64,000 nucleotides of DNA, taken from a virus. Location of the stretch: the IMG/VR virus record IMGVR_UViG_3300035698_020047, positions 18,081 through 82,080 of that record; one strand, 5' to 3'. A program made the position numbers and the translations under genes. Under the pieces are notes generated by a model. It made no database searches and was not told the DNA's origin. It saw nothing but the letters and a program-made list of their open reading frames with translations. Positions 21,398-30,050 of the stretch are shown piece by piece; within the stretch, counting starts at the first letter, position 1; the number at the start of each line of letters is the position of its first letter.

Positions 21398-21681
21398 ACT
21401 TTTAACTCTTGGTCTAAACGGCCCTTGAAATAACGTGCCATATCAACCAACAGCCGCGTCAATTGATATGTGTTGCCCTTGTTGTATATTATCGGCTGCT
21501 TCGATTCTGGGTCTATTAATACGGCAAAGGCTAACTTAACTCCCCCGTCTTCTAGCTTCTTTTCGAAATCGCCTATGAAGGATTCCGCTCTTTTTTGGTC
21601 TTCGGTTACTTCGGGTTCTGCTTGATTTTCTGTATTTTTAGATGTAGCTTGATCTTGAGGTTCATCTATGATTTCAGACAT
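21394..21681 (-). CDS. Hypothetical protein
   Basis: SD AGGAG before ATG 21681; stop overlaps methyltransferase start. Confidence 0.6.
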   Translation of the reverse strand: MSEIIDEPQDQATSKNTENQAEPEVTEDQKRAESFIGDFEKKLEDGGVKLAFAVLIDPESKQPIIYNKGNTYQLTRLLVDMARYFKGRLDQELKV

Positions 21682-22306
21682 CGCAAAGTCTCCTGACGAT
21701 ATTAAGGTTTGGAAGGTCTTTAAATACTGCGAGGATGCATTTGGGAAAATGGGTATTAATGTAGCATTCCCAAAGCATACCGACCCTAAAAAGACGTATA
21801 AATGGCGGTACCTTGTTAAGTTTGTTGAGAAACTTGATGAGTTAAATGCATCGAATGAGACTGCGATGCTGCTGGTAAGGGCGGTCGCGAAATATGCGGA
21901 TGTCCATAAACAGCGGCACAAAGGATTGTCGTTGCTGATGTCTGATAAGGTCTTGGAAGCGTGTTGTGTGTCTATCGAAAAAGATAACGCGTCGGATTAT
22001 AAATTATTGGAAAGGATTGAAGTAGATAATACGTTGGTATGCGGCAATGACTTAATGCATAAATCAAATAAACGTGGACTGCCAGATATCATAAGATGGC
22101 ACATGCAGGGGTCAATCTCAGAAGTATATATGGCTCTATCCAGGCGATGTTATGAGGCGATGTTAAAATTAGATAAAATAGAGAGATCTATGCTGCCAAG
22201 CGGCAAAGAATTGATAGCGGCCAGGGCGAAGCTATTTCGGAGTGTGCGGCTAAAACACCAAGCGAAATTGGCTATGGGTGATGATTGGAGAGATGTTTTT
22301 AACTAA
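21668..22306 (+). CDS. Hypothetical protein upstream of helicase
   Basis: 212-aa ORF whose stop overlaps the helicase start (TAATG). Confidence 0.6.
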   Translation: MISDIAKSPDDIKVWKVFKYCEDAFGKMGINVAFPKHTDPKKTYKWRYLVKFVEKLDELNASNETAMLLVRAVAKYADVHKQRHKGLSLLMSDKVLEACCVSIEKDNASDYKLLERIEVDNTLVCGNDLMHKSNKRGLPDIIRWHMQGSISEVYMALSRRCYEAMLKLDKIERSMLPSGKELIAARAKLFRSVRLKHQAKLAMGDDWRDVFN

Positions 22307-23838
22307 TGCTAGCTAGGATAGTTGACAATAAATGGGTTTATATTGAGCAGATCACTGTCCCTGAGAGTGATCTAATTGATGCTAAGCTAAGTGTGAAGCA
22401 TCCGCGTGCACAGTATATCGATTCGGCAGGCTTTTTTGATGGGGTGTTTCACAAATTCAACAAATACCACAATAGGTTGGCGCGGCCGCTATTGACTGAG
22501 CTGACTAAAATATGTAAGGGGTATGGTATGCCCTTTACCATAGCTGATGATCGTCCTCCGCTTCCGGGAGTTCAAGAATCAATAATAACACCTGATCTCT
22601 TAGCGGGCGTTAAGCTCTACGACTATCAACTCGAAGCAATCAGATCTGTCATACACAATGAAGTTGGTATAATCTCGGCTAACACCGGGAGCGGCAAGAC
22701 AGAGATCATGTCTGGGATCGTCAAAGTTGTGAACCGCCCGACTGTCATACTTTGTGATATGACAATTATCGTCGATCAAATTAAAGAGCGGTTAGAACTT
22801 AGAGAGGCCACTAAAGAAGTTGGTATGTTCTATGCTGGCAAGCGCCCAAATGGTCAGCAGGTAATAGTCGGCTCATTCCAATCCCTTATTATTCCGACCG
22901 CGCCGAAGAAGCTCGAGAAAGACACGCCCGAGTCATATAGGCTAAAATGTAGGGCATTCAATACGAGACGCAAGAATGCTAGGAACCTACGTACCATCAT
23001 AGGAAAATGCGACTTATTATTAGTCGATGAATGCGATATTGCTACTAGCAAACGATGGAAGCAACTGTTTTGGCATTGGTTCAAGGGGCGCAGGAGATAC
23101 GGGTTTTCAGGCACCCCATTCGACGACGCCAAGCCTGTTGAAAACTTGGTGCTAAAAGAGCATCTTGGCTCTATTATATTCCACGTCCCCAGGGAAGAAG
23201 TCGAGAAGAATAAGAGAATAATACCGGTATCATATACCTCCATAGCGTTCGGCGACGAAACGATGATCAGAGACAAGGCCGCCTATGACATCGCTATGAA
23301 GGAGCAGATGATAGAAAATGTGTCATTCCATAAGCTAGTCGCCACTATAGCAACCCGCACAACCAAGGACCCATCATATGGCACGCTAATATTGGTAGAA
23401 AGCCAGCCACTTGGTTATGCTTTGGAATCTATGATAGAGGGGTCCAAATTCATATGCGGCGATCACCGTATGAAGGAACGTAAAAAGGCGATCGCGGCGT
23501 TTGAGAGCCGGGAATGTCAGGTTCTTATTGGAGGTAAGATCATTAAACGCGGCCTTGATCTTCAAGGTGGCTGCGAGAGTTTGATTATTGCTACCGGCGG
23601 TAAGCTTGCATCTGATTTTGGCCAGAAGATAGGCAGAGCTGTGAGAGTTAATGAAAGAGGCTTCGCGCAGATCTATGATTTCTTTTTCCTAGGAAACCAT
23701 TATCTGTACGGACACTCGAGGAAACGGTTGAAGACGATAGTCGCAATGGAGTATCCAGCTAAGGTTGTTTTTAAAAACGGTGTAGTAGAAGCCGGTAAAT
23801 TCATAAGGTCAAGGTTTAGGCGGCCAAGACCAAAATAG
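22306..23838 (+). CDS. SF2 DNA helicase (UvsW-like)
   Basis: Q motif LYDYQ, Walker A TGSGKT, DECD, SGTP, G.D, Q.IGR..R. Confidence 0.9.
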   Translation: MLARIVDNKWVYIEQITVPESDLIDAKLSVKHPRAQYIDSAGFFDGVFHKFNKYHNRLARPLLTELTKICKGYGMPFTIADDRPPLPGVQESIITPDLLAGVKLYDYQLEAIRSVIHNEVGIISANTGSGKTEIMSGIVKVVNRPTVILCDMTIIVDQIKERLELREATKEVGMFYAGKRPNGQQVIVGSFQSLIIPTAPKKLEKDTPESYRLKCRAFNTRRKNARNLRTIIGKCDLLLVDECDIATSKRWKQLFWHWFKGRRRYGFSGTPFDDAKPVENLVLKEHLGSIIFHVPREEVEKNKRIIPVSYTSIAFGDETMIRDKAAYDIAMKEQMIENVSFHKLVATIATRTTKDPSYGTLILVESQPLGYALESMIEGSKFICGDHRMKERKKAIAAFESRECQVLIGGKIIKRGLDLQGGCESLIIATGGKLASDFGQKIGRAVRVNERGFAQIYDFFFLGNHYLYGHSRKRLKTIVAMEYPAKVVFKNGVVEAGKFIRSRFRRPRPK

Positions 23839-24135
23839 GCATGAATATGGAAGAACCAGAGTACAGTGAATGGGTGTGTTACATAATGGGGTCGCGACCT
23901 GGCGACGAGCTTGCAACCAAGTTCCGGTCAATGGTGGGGCGGGTACCGAATCGGTTCCGGAGATGGATGCAAAAGATCTTCTTCGAAGCGTATTGGGTGA
24001 AGGAACCAATGTAGCACCTGAGATGCATTGCGAAGAGTAACGTTACTTTCGTTCATTTCAATTGGGGCAGTGAAATTCCATTTCTGCATAATATAAATGT
24101 GAGAGACTACCTATCTTACGAGTATATAATTTACA

Positions 24136-24999
24136 ATGGATATTCCGGAGGTAACCACATTCCCGACGCCGCAAGTACCGGATAAGAAATTATATTTCGA
24201 CAACAATAAGGTTGAAGATCTTATGCTGCGGTACAGGTGGACGGCTTGCACTGATCAAGCTCTTCGCGATAAGATCATGGTCAACACCGAAGAGCTAATT
24301 CGCCAGATAATACGCGCACACAATCTGCATAGAATATATCCAGGCCAAGAAGAATCGGCGTTTATGGATCTATTCCAAACCGCGTGGGTACAAATAGAAC
24401 GAACTCTTTACAAGTATAAGGCCCGCGTCCATTGTGCAGCGTGCTACAATATAGTGCGTCCAATGGATTCGTGCGTGTATGATCCTCCTATTATTAACTA
24501 TGATATGATCACACCATCTGATGTGATCCGCAATAAATTAACATGTGCCAAGTGCGGGAAAATTCCGAAGAAGATTATTTATCGCGGATGCTCAAAGATA
24601 TTCAATATGTGGAGCCAAGTCGCACGCACTGTAATATTGGCACATATTAAGAAAGAAACCCGCGACCATAAGAATTCTGACGCATATCGTAGCCATCTCG
24701 ACAATAAGCGGGTGCCCAAAAGTGACGATGCATTATTGCGATTCTTAGCAGAAGTAAAAGAAGTATGCAAATATAATGAGAATTATGTAACCATCGTCGA
24801 TGCACTAGAATATATTTCTAAGACCGATAGCCGGCCTTATGAAGGTATAATTGGAAAACTGGTGCGGTTGTCTGGGCGATCTAGAGCACAGGTTGCGAGT
24901 TTCCTGAGGATGATAAGACTAAGAAGCACAGAGTTCTCAGACTCTCCGATCAACGATCGGAGCCAGAAACTCTGTGCGGTGGCTAAAGAGGATGAATAA
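24136..24999 (+). CDS. Phage sigma factor (T4 gp55-like) with CxxC..CxxC insertion
   Basis: YFDN N-terminus, DLFQ.AW...L.KY, KIFNMWSQVART.IL..IKKE resembling sigma region 2. Confidence 0.6.
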   Translation: MDIPEVTTFPTPQVPDKKLYFDNNKVEDLMLRYRWTACTDQALRDKIMVNTEELIRQIIRAHNLHRIYPGQEESAFMDLFQTAWVQIERTLYKYKARVHCAACYNIVRPMDSCVYDPPIINYDMITPSDVIRNKLTCAKCGKIPKKIIYRGCSKIFNMWSQVARTVILAHIKKETRDHKNSDAYRSHLDNKRVPKSDDALLRFLAEVKEVCKYNENYVTIVDALEYISKTDSRPYEGIIGKLVRLSGRSRAQVASFLRMIRLRSTEFSDSPINDRSQKLCAVAKEDE

Positions 25000-25925
25000 T
25001 GCTGTCATCTGATGAATTTGCCAAGAATTTGGCTGGGATTTTGTCGCTCAATTTGAAGACGCTAATTAGTGATGAGGCTGCGGCAGCAGTCACTGGCGTC
25101 GAATATCTTGGTGGAGGGCGGGTCAAGGTTACTACAAGCGAAGACAGCGATATTCTTAGTTATTATATGATATGCTCGGGTGCTGAAATGGAAGAGGAGG
25201 AGCAGCGAGCTCCCCTTGAACCTGAAGGTGACTTTGGGCCTGGGCTTGAGGGTGGCGAGCCCATTGAATCGATTCAAAAGCCCGATGAAGTTATTGCTGA
25301 GACGCAGCCGCAGGGCGTGGGTGAGAGGATAGATCGTAAACTTCGTCCTCCGAAAGTTACTCCAGTTACTAAGAATCCGGCTGAAAAGACGCCTAGACGC
25401 TCAGCCGATAACGACCCCAGAAAGACCGCAGCCGGTCGTAAGGCTATTAAGAAAGCCAAAAGGCATCCCAAAGAGAGTCTGTCGAAATTTATTGACAATG
25501 CATTGACTAGCGACCGAAAACGGATTGCCGAATTAGCATCACATATCGATCCTATCTTAGAGTCCCGGACGATTAAATCTGTTATTGGGACGAGCGATGA
25601 TAGTGAAAAATTGGCCGAAATCGGCGATATAATCCATAATGTTTGGTCTGAGAAATTCATTGAAAAACATATTGGAATTGCTAACTCCAGGAGTGGAGAA
25701 TTGGCAATGTTCGATGAGTCGGCTAAAGTATTGGACGAATTGACTGAATGGGGTACTCACCTTTGTTGGATTGAGAGAATTAAAAAGTCGGACTATGTAA
25801 TATACAAAGTTTGCGCCGACACTACTCCAAGTAAAGCCTTTGTAGAATGCAGGAATGATCATAGTAGAGATCTAATTCTATCTGGTGACCGAGCAAATAT
25901 AATTCCAAAGATCTTCGGAGATTAA
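24999..25925 (+). CDS. Hypothetical protein
   Basis: 308-aa coupled ORF with acidic and basic low-complexity middle. Confidence 0.6.
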   Translation: MLSSDEFAKNLAGILSLNLKTLISDEAAAAVTGVEYLGGGRVKVTTSEDSDILSYYMICSGAEMEEEEQRAPLEPEGDFGPGLEGGEPIESIQKPDEVIAETQPQGVGERIDRKLRPPKVTPVTKNPAEKTPRRSADNDPRKTAAGRKAIKKAKRHPKESLSKFIDNALTSDRKRIAELASHIDPILESRTIKSVIGTSDDSEKLAEIGDIIHNVWSEKFIEKHIGIANSRSGELAMFDESAKVLDELTEWGTHLCWIERIKKSDYVIYKVCADTTPSKAFVECRNDHSRDLILSGDRANIIPKIFGD

Positions 25926-25927
25926 CG

Positions 25928-27418
25928 ATGAATGACGCAGATACCCGCCAAATTGCCATAATCGCTGAGATGATAGACCAAGAAGAGTTGGATGGTGCGC
26001 CAGACGCCGGGATTCCAGGCTTCGACGATGGGATTTCTGGACCTGCTCCGCTACCCGAGCCAGCTGACATGGCGTTTGGTGGCCCAGATGAAGTGGGCGC
26101 CCAAATATCATCTGAACCTATCACCATGAGCCGCGACTTCCTATATGAGCTGCTTAGGCTTACAAAGGAAAGAGCCGGCGGCCCGTGTGATACATGCGAG
26201 GAACCGCCGATTGATCCTGAGCTTGGAGAATCGGAACCCGCAATCGATGCGTTTGAAGCTGGCGAAGAGGCTGAAGGCGAAGAGGCTGAGGCTGCTGAAG
26301 AGTTTGGGGCTGAAGAGGCCGCAGGCGAAGAGGCCGCAGGCGAAGAGGCTGAAGGCGAAGAGGCTGAAGGCGAAGAGGCTGAAGGCGAAGAGGCTGAAGG
26401 CGACGATGAAGAAGTTGAAGTCGAAGAAGGTAAAAAGAAAAGACGGGCAATCAACGAAGCCGAGGGCGACGATGATGACACTGAGTCTGATGGCCCTCCG
26501 TCTGATGATACCGAAGAAGACGACACCGACGAAGAGGCCGACGACACCGACGACACTGAAGACACCGACGACGATGAAGGTGCCGAGGATGATACCGAAT
26601 CAGATGGCCCTCCGCCTGAATTAGCTGACTCGGATGAAGATGATACTGACTCGATTCCGTTTGAGCCTGGTGCAGAAGCTGGCGCAGAGATTGATGCGGA
26701 CGTAGATGATGTTGATCCGCCAGATGGTGGAGTCAATCATGCTGATATCGAAGAGATAGTCGACAAGCTCGTGGAATTATCGGCTGGCGACCAAACTCTT
26801 ACGATGCATGACTTACCTGAGATCGTGCAATGCTGCTTCCCAGATCCTGTTTCTGACGTAGGCATTGCCGATGAAGTTCCGATCGAAGAACCGCCGATGG
26901 ACGCTCCGATTGACGCTCCGATTGACGCTCCGATTGATGCTCCGATCGATGGCCCGATCGATGGCCCGCCCGAAGACATGGGTGGTGAAGAAGAAATGCC
27001 CGAAGCTCCGCCAGAAGACATAGGCGGCGAAGAAGAAGCTCCGCCCGAAGACATAGGCGGCGAAGAAGAAATGCCCGAAGATTTGCCATTTGAATCTATG
27101 AAGCCTGTTGATGAGATGAAAGTCATAGATGAAAAATTGGCTAAGAAAATCGTTAACGAATCAGCGGTTTTAGCTAAATCGATCGCTGGATTTGCCAAGA
27201 AGATGAAGATTAATGTTGCGATGAAACCCGCTAAGAGTGAGAATGGCGCCGAGTACTTGGGTGACGAAGAGTCATTCCCCAAGCTATGCGAGGCCATCAA
27301 TAAAACGTTGGCAACAATAAAAGAAGGCAAGAAGAAGGCGAATGTCGGTGCTATGAGCAAGTACTCGAGATGCTACCCGGTGAGCGGAGCCGGCCGCCTG
27401 TTCTACGTGTTCAAATAA
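25928..27418 (+). CDS. Highly acidic repeat-rich protein (possible head core/internal protein)
   Basis: SD GGAG; D/E-rich with GEEAE and DAPI tandem repeats. Confidence 0.65.
   Translation: MNDADTRQIAIIAEMIDQEELDGAPDAGIPGFDDGISGPAPLPEPADMAFGGPDEVGAQISSEPITMSRDFLYELLRLTKERAGGPCDTCEEPPIDPELGESEPAIDAFEAGEEAEGEEAEAAEEFGAEEAAGEEAAGEEAEGEEAEGEEAEGEEAEGDDEEVEVEEGKKKRRAINEAEGDDDDTESDGPPSDDTEEDDTDEEADDTDDTEDTDDDEGAEDDTESDGPPPELADSDEDDTDSIPFEPGAEAGAEIDADVDDVDPPDGGVNHADIEEIVDKLVELSAGDQTLTMHDLPEIVQCCFPDPVSDVGIADEVPIEEPPMDAPIDAPIDAPIDAPIDGPIDGPPEDMGGEEEMPEAPPEDIGGEEEAPPEDIGGEEEMPEDLPFESMKPVDEMKVIDEKLAKKIVNESAVLAKSIAGFAKKMKINVAMKPAKSENGAEYLGDEESFPKLCEAINKTLATIKEGKKKANVGAMSKYSRCYPVSGAGRLFYVFK
26262..26403 (+). 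repeat. 15-bp coding tandem repeat (GGCGAAGAGGCTGAA; GEEAE)
   Basis: About 9 imperfect consecutive units visible. Confidence 0.85.
26899..27080 (+). repeat. 12-bp (DAPI/DGPI) and ~33-bp (PPEDIGGEEE) coding repeats
   Basis: GACGCTCCGATT-like units, then GAAGACATRGGYGGYGAAGAAGAA x3. Confidence 0.8.
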
Positions 27419-27438
27419 TCCGAACCTGACCCCCACGC

Positions 27439-27474
27439 ACAATGAGGCCTCGTCTAACGGCGAGGCCTCATTGT
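27439..27474. terminator. Bidirectional hairpin between convergent genes
   Basis: ACAATGAGGCCTCG / CGAGGCCTCATTGT inverted repeat overlapping the terminase stop. Confidence 0.65.
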
Positions 27475-29415
27475 TATATTATGCTTTGGCAATTTTACTG
27501 CGGGGAGGCCTCTAGTGCTGGAAGTCAACTGCTTTGTAAAGTTAGCGAGCTGTTCCTCTTGAGTTGGTGCATTTTTCATTATGCTGTTGTATGACAGCGG
27601 GACGATCACATTATGATCGGTAGTGTCCATTATGTTTTGCTGCTGCTCTTGTCTATCGGAGACAACAGCAGTTTTGGCCAATTTCACTTGCTTGCTGTGT
27701 GTGGGCATTAAACCAGTTGGATCTAGGTTGATCGCGTCGGGGGCCGCTACAAATGCGAGGGCTGCTGCTATCACCAAATCGTCGTGGTTGCCACGACCTT
27801 CCTGTGCGCCAGTTCTTTTGGTTTCGATGCCTCGTCTGTCGCGATGCCTAATGTATATCTGAAGCTGTTTATGTAGCCGTTCACTGTAGATTTCATAACC
27901 TTCCTCTTCCTCTGCCTTGATATAATCTATCAATGCCTTGTTGAGGGTCGGTTTAGTCTGTCCGCTGGTTGCAAACCCAAATAGGCCTAGCGTAATTCCG
28001 CCCGACGTCGACGTTTTCGAATTTGGCTTGGGTGTTCGTGCTTTCTTCCGTCGCCATATGTTGGGGTAGATTAGGTTCTGAATATCTTGTACGAAAGGCG
28101 CTCCAATACCAGTGCGTTCTGGGTTAATGAGTGCGTTATTGTACCATCGCCCCATCCAGTCAGCCATCTTGGCTAGAGTCTGGACTTGCACGTGCCCCAT
28201 GAATTCAGCGACCTGTTCCATAGTGTTAATATCAAACACTTCTATGGCACTGTAGTCATTGTTCTCGCCGGTGGCGATATCAATACCCATAACGTAGGTA
28301 TGCCCTGGGACTCCTGACTTGACTATCTTTCCGTTTCGGTATTGTGTCGGCTCACCTTTGAAAGGCTCTTTCCAAACCCATAGGCCTTCTTGAGGGCTCG
28401 ATCCAACAAAATCGATGACTTCTGTATCGCCTGTGGCTTGATTAACCCAGTTTACCGGCTCGGCAACGGTCATCGTTTCTGGTGCGTTTTCAACCATAAT
28501 GCCGACATTATAGAGCACTGTCGTGTCTAATACTGTACCACCACTACCTATGAAGTCGGCGAGAATTTCCTGCTTGAATAGGTGTGCTTCGCCTCGTAGT
28601 TGCAGGCCTTTATATTCTTGAGCTAGCCATGGTGATTTGTATGGGCCGAATTTTTCTATGTCTTCTTTTGTGGTACATTTTGTGATCCCATCGGTCGGCG
28701 CTATCCTGATGCGTCTGTTGCTGATTGGGTCCATTGCGTCAATAACCCAATCCATGTCCCACCAATTAATTAAGATAGGACTGAATAATCCATCGGGATC
28801 TTGCGAATCCATCCACTTATCCCAATACCAGTTACCGATACCATTTGGGGTCGAAATAATTATTGCACTACCACCATGCTGTAATGTGGACCATCCACCA
28901 GCCCACATGCCTTCCATGTCTGGCATAAACGCCGCTTCGTCGATAATATTCAAGAATGAAGCGTTAGATCTCAGGGTGTCGGTGCTGGATGTGAGTGATC
29001 GTATGACGGATCCATTGGGGAATCCCAATTCATGTTCATTTCGTATGACGTCTTTCCAGATTTCTCGCATCCATGTTGGAAGACGATCGTAGACGAATTT
29101 GACATTACTTTCCAGGAAATCTTTGGCATCCGTATCACGTTTTGATACGATTAGGATCTTTTTGTGACCAAAGAACAACGCAACCCACAGTGCGTACATA
29201 CCCGTGAGAGTTGATGCACCACACTGCCTACATTTTTTGAATATGTTAAACCTGTGGCTTCTAAATGAGGCTAAGCTGGAACGCTGATATTTAAATAGCT
29301 TAACCGGAATAACACCAACTTCAGGGTGCTTGATTTTGCAGCATGACTCAATAAAGAATGATACTGACTTCTGGCATCGCTTCACAAATTGTTTAATTTT
29401 AGTATTAGTTACCAT
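27454..29415 (-). CDS. Terminase large subunit (T4 gp17-like)
   Basis: LFKYQ, K.RQ.G.ST Walker A, IIDEAAF, ISTPNG, G.D.A.G...DYS, HDDLV.A. Confidence 0.95.
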   Translation of the reverse strand: MVTNTKIKQFVKRCQKSVSFFIESCCKIKHPEVGVIPVKLFKYQRSSLASFRSHRFNIFKKCRQCGASTLTGMYALWVALFFGHKKILIVSKRDTDAKDFLESNVKFVYDRLPTWMREIWKDVIRNEHELGFPNGSVIRSLTSSTDTLRSNASFLNIIDEAAFMPDMEGMWAGGWSTLQHGGSAIIISTPNGIGNWYWDKWMDSQDPDGLFSPILINWWDMDWVIDAMDPISNRRIRIAPTDGITKCTTKEDIEKFGPYKSPWLAQEYKGLQLRGEAHLFKQEILADFIGSGGTVLDTTVLYNVGIMVENAPETMTVAEPVNWVNQATGDTEVIDFVGSSPQEGLWVWKEPFKGEPTQYRNGKIVKSGVPGHTYVMGIDIATGENNDYSAIEVFDINTMEQVAEFMGHVQVQTLAKMADWMGRWYNNALINPERTGIGAPFVQDIQNLIYPNIWRRKKARTPKPNSKTSTSGGITLGLFGFATSGQTKPTLNKALIDYIKAEEEEGYEIYSERLHKQLQIYIRHRDRRGIETKRTGAQEGRGNHDDLVIAAALAFVAAPDAINLDPTGLMPTHSKQVKLAKTAVVSDRQEQQQNIMDTTDHNVIVPLSYNSIMKNAPTQEEQLANFTKQLTSSTRGLPAVKLPKHNITMRPRR

Positions 29416-29469
29416 ACATTATATATTCACTCGAATAATAAAGAACAAATCTAAAAATAGGAGTGTATT

Positions 29470-30042
29470 ATGGCAAAGAAGCCTTCTAACCCCAATGATG
29501 AGATCCAAGAACTATTGGACAATATCGAAGAGAGCGATTCAGAGCTAGTGCCGACCGAAGTACAGCTTAAAATAGCTGAAGCCGTCCCGGAGCCGAAGCA
29601 TGATCCACAGACTATAATTATAGGCGGCGAGTCAGGTCAAAGTGGGGGTGTTGATAGTAGTGGCAGTAGTGGTAGTAGTGGCGGCGATAATGACATGGGC
29701 GACTTGGCGACCAAAATATTAAAGGATTATGGCACCCGCACTGATGAGATTTGGAAGCAGCTGGTTGAGGATAGAGAGCTACTCAATAAATATATTGAAC
29801 TATTTAGCGATCGCATCAATGACCCGGAGAAGGCCAAGACTGTTAATGTTGATGCTCTCACAACGCTGCTGAATACCAAAACATCCGCATCGATAAATGC
29901 AACTAGAATGTTGGATTCGACCGCCAAGATGATAGTGGCTATCAAAAATATGAAGACGGATGGCGTCACCAGTACCAGTCTAGATGACTTACTTAGTGAC
30001 GATGGCAGCGATTCTGAAGAATTCGACATTGATCAACCATAG
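29470..30042 (+). CDS. Hypothetical helical protein, possible terminase small subunit
   Basis: SD AGGAG; between terL and portal; two predicted long helices. Confidence 0.4.
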   Translation: MAKKPSNPNDEIQELLDNIEESDSELVPTEVQLKIAEAVPEPKHDPQTIIIGGESGQSGGVDSSGSSGSSGGDNDMGDLATKILKDYGTRTDEIWKQLVEDRELLNKYIELFSDRINDPEKAKTVNVDALTTLLNTKTSASINATRMLDSTAKMIVAIKNMKTDGVTSTSLDDLLSDDGSDSEEFDIDQP

Positions 30043-30050
30043 GCCAAAAT

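Noticed and set aside
26262-27080. Repeat arrays as possible CRISPR
   Set aside because: Short in-frame coding repeats with no unique spacers and no cas genes
25822-27360. Long antisense Ser-rich ORFs (also 32735-33763 and 34247-34852)
   Set aside because: Shadows of GAA/GAT-rich acidic genes on the plus strand
27428-27442. 15-mer GACCCCCACGCACAA repeated at 37404 in the MCP gene
   Set aside because: One or two 15-nt matches are expected by chance in 64 kb
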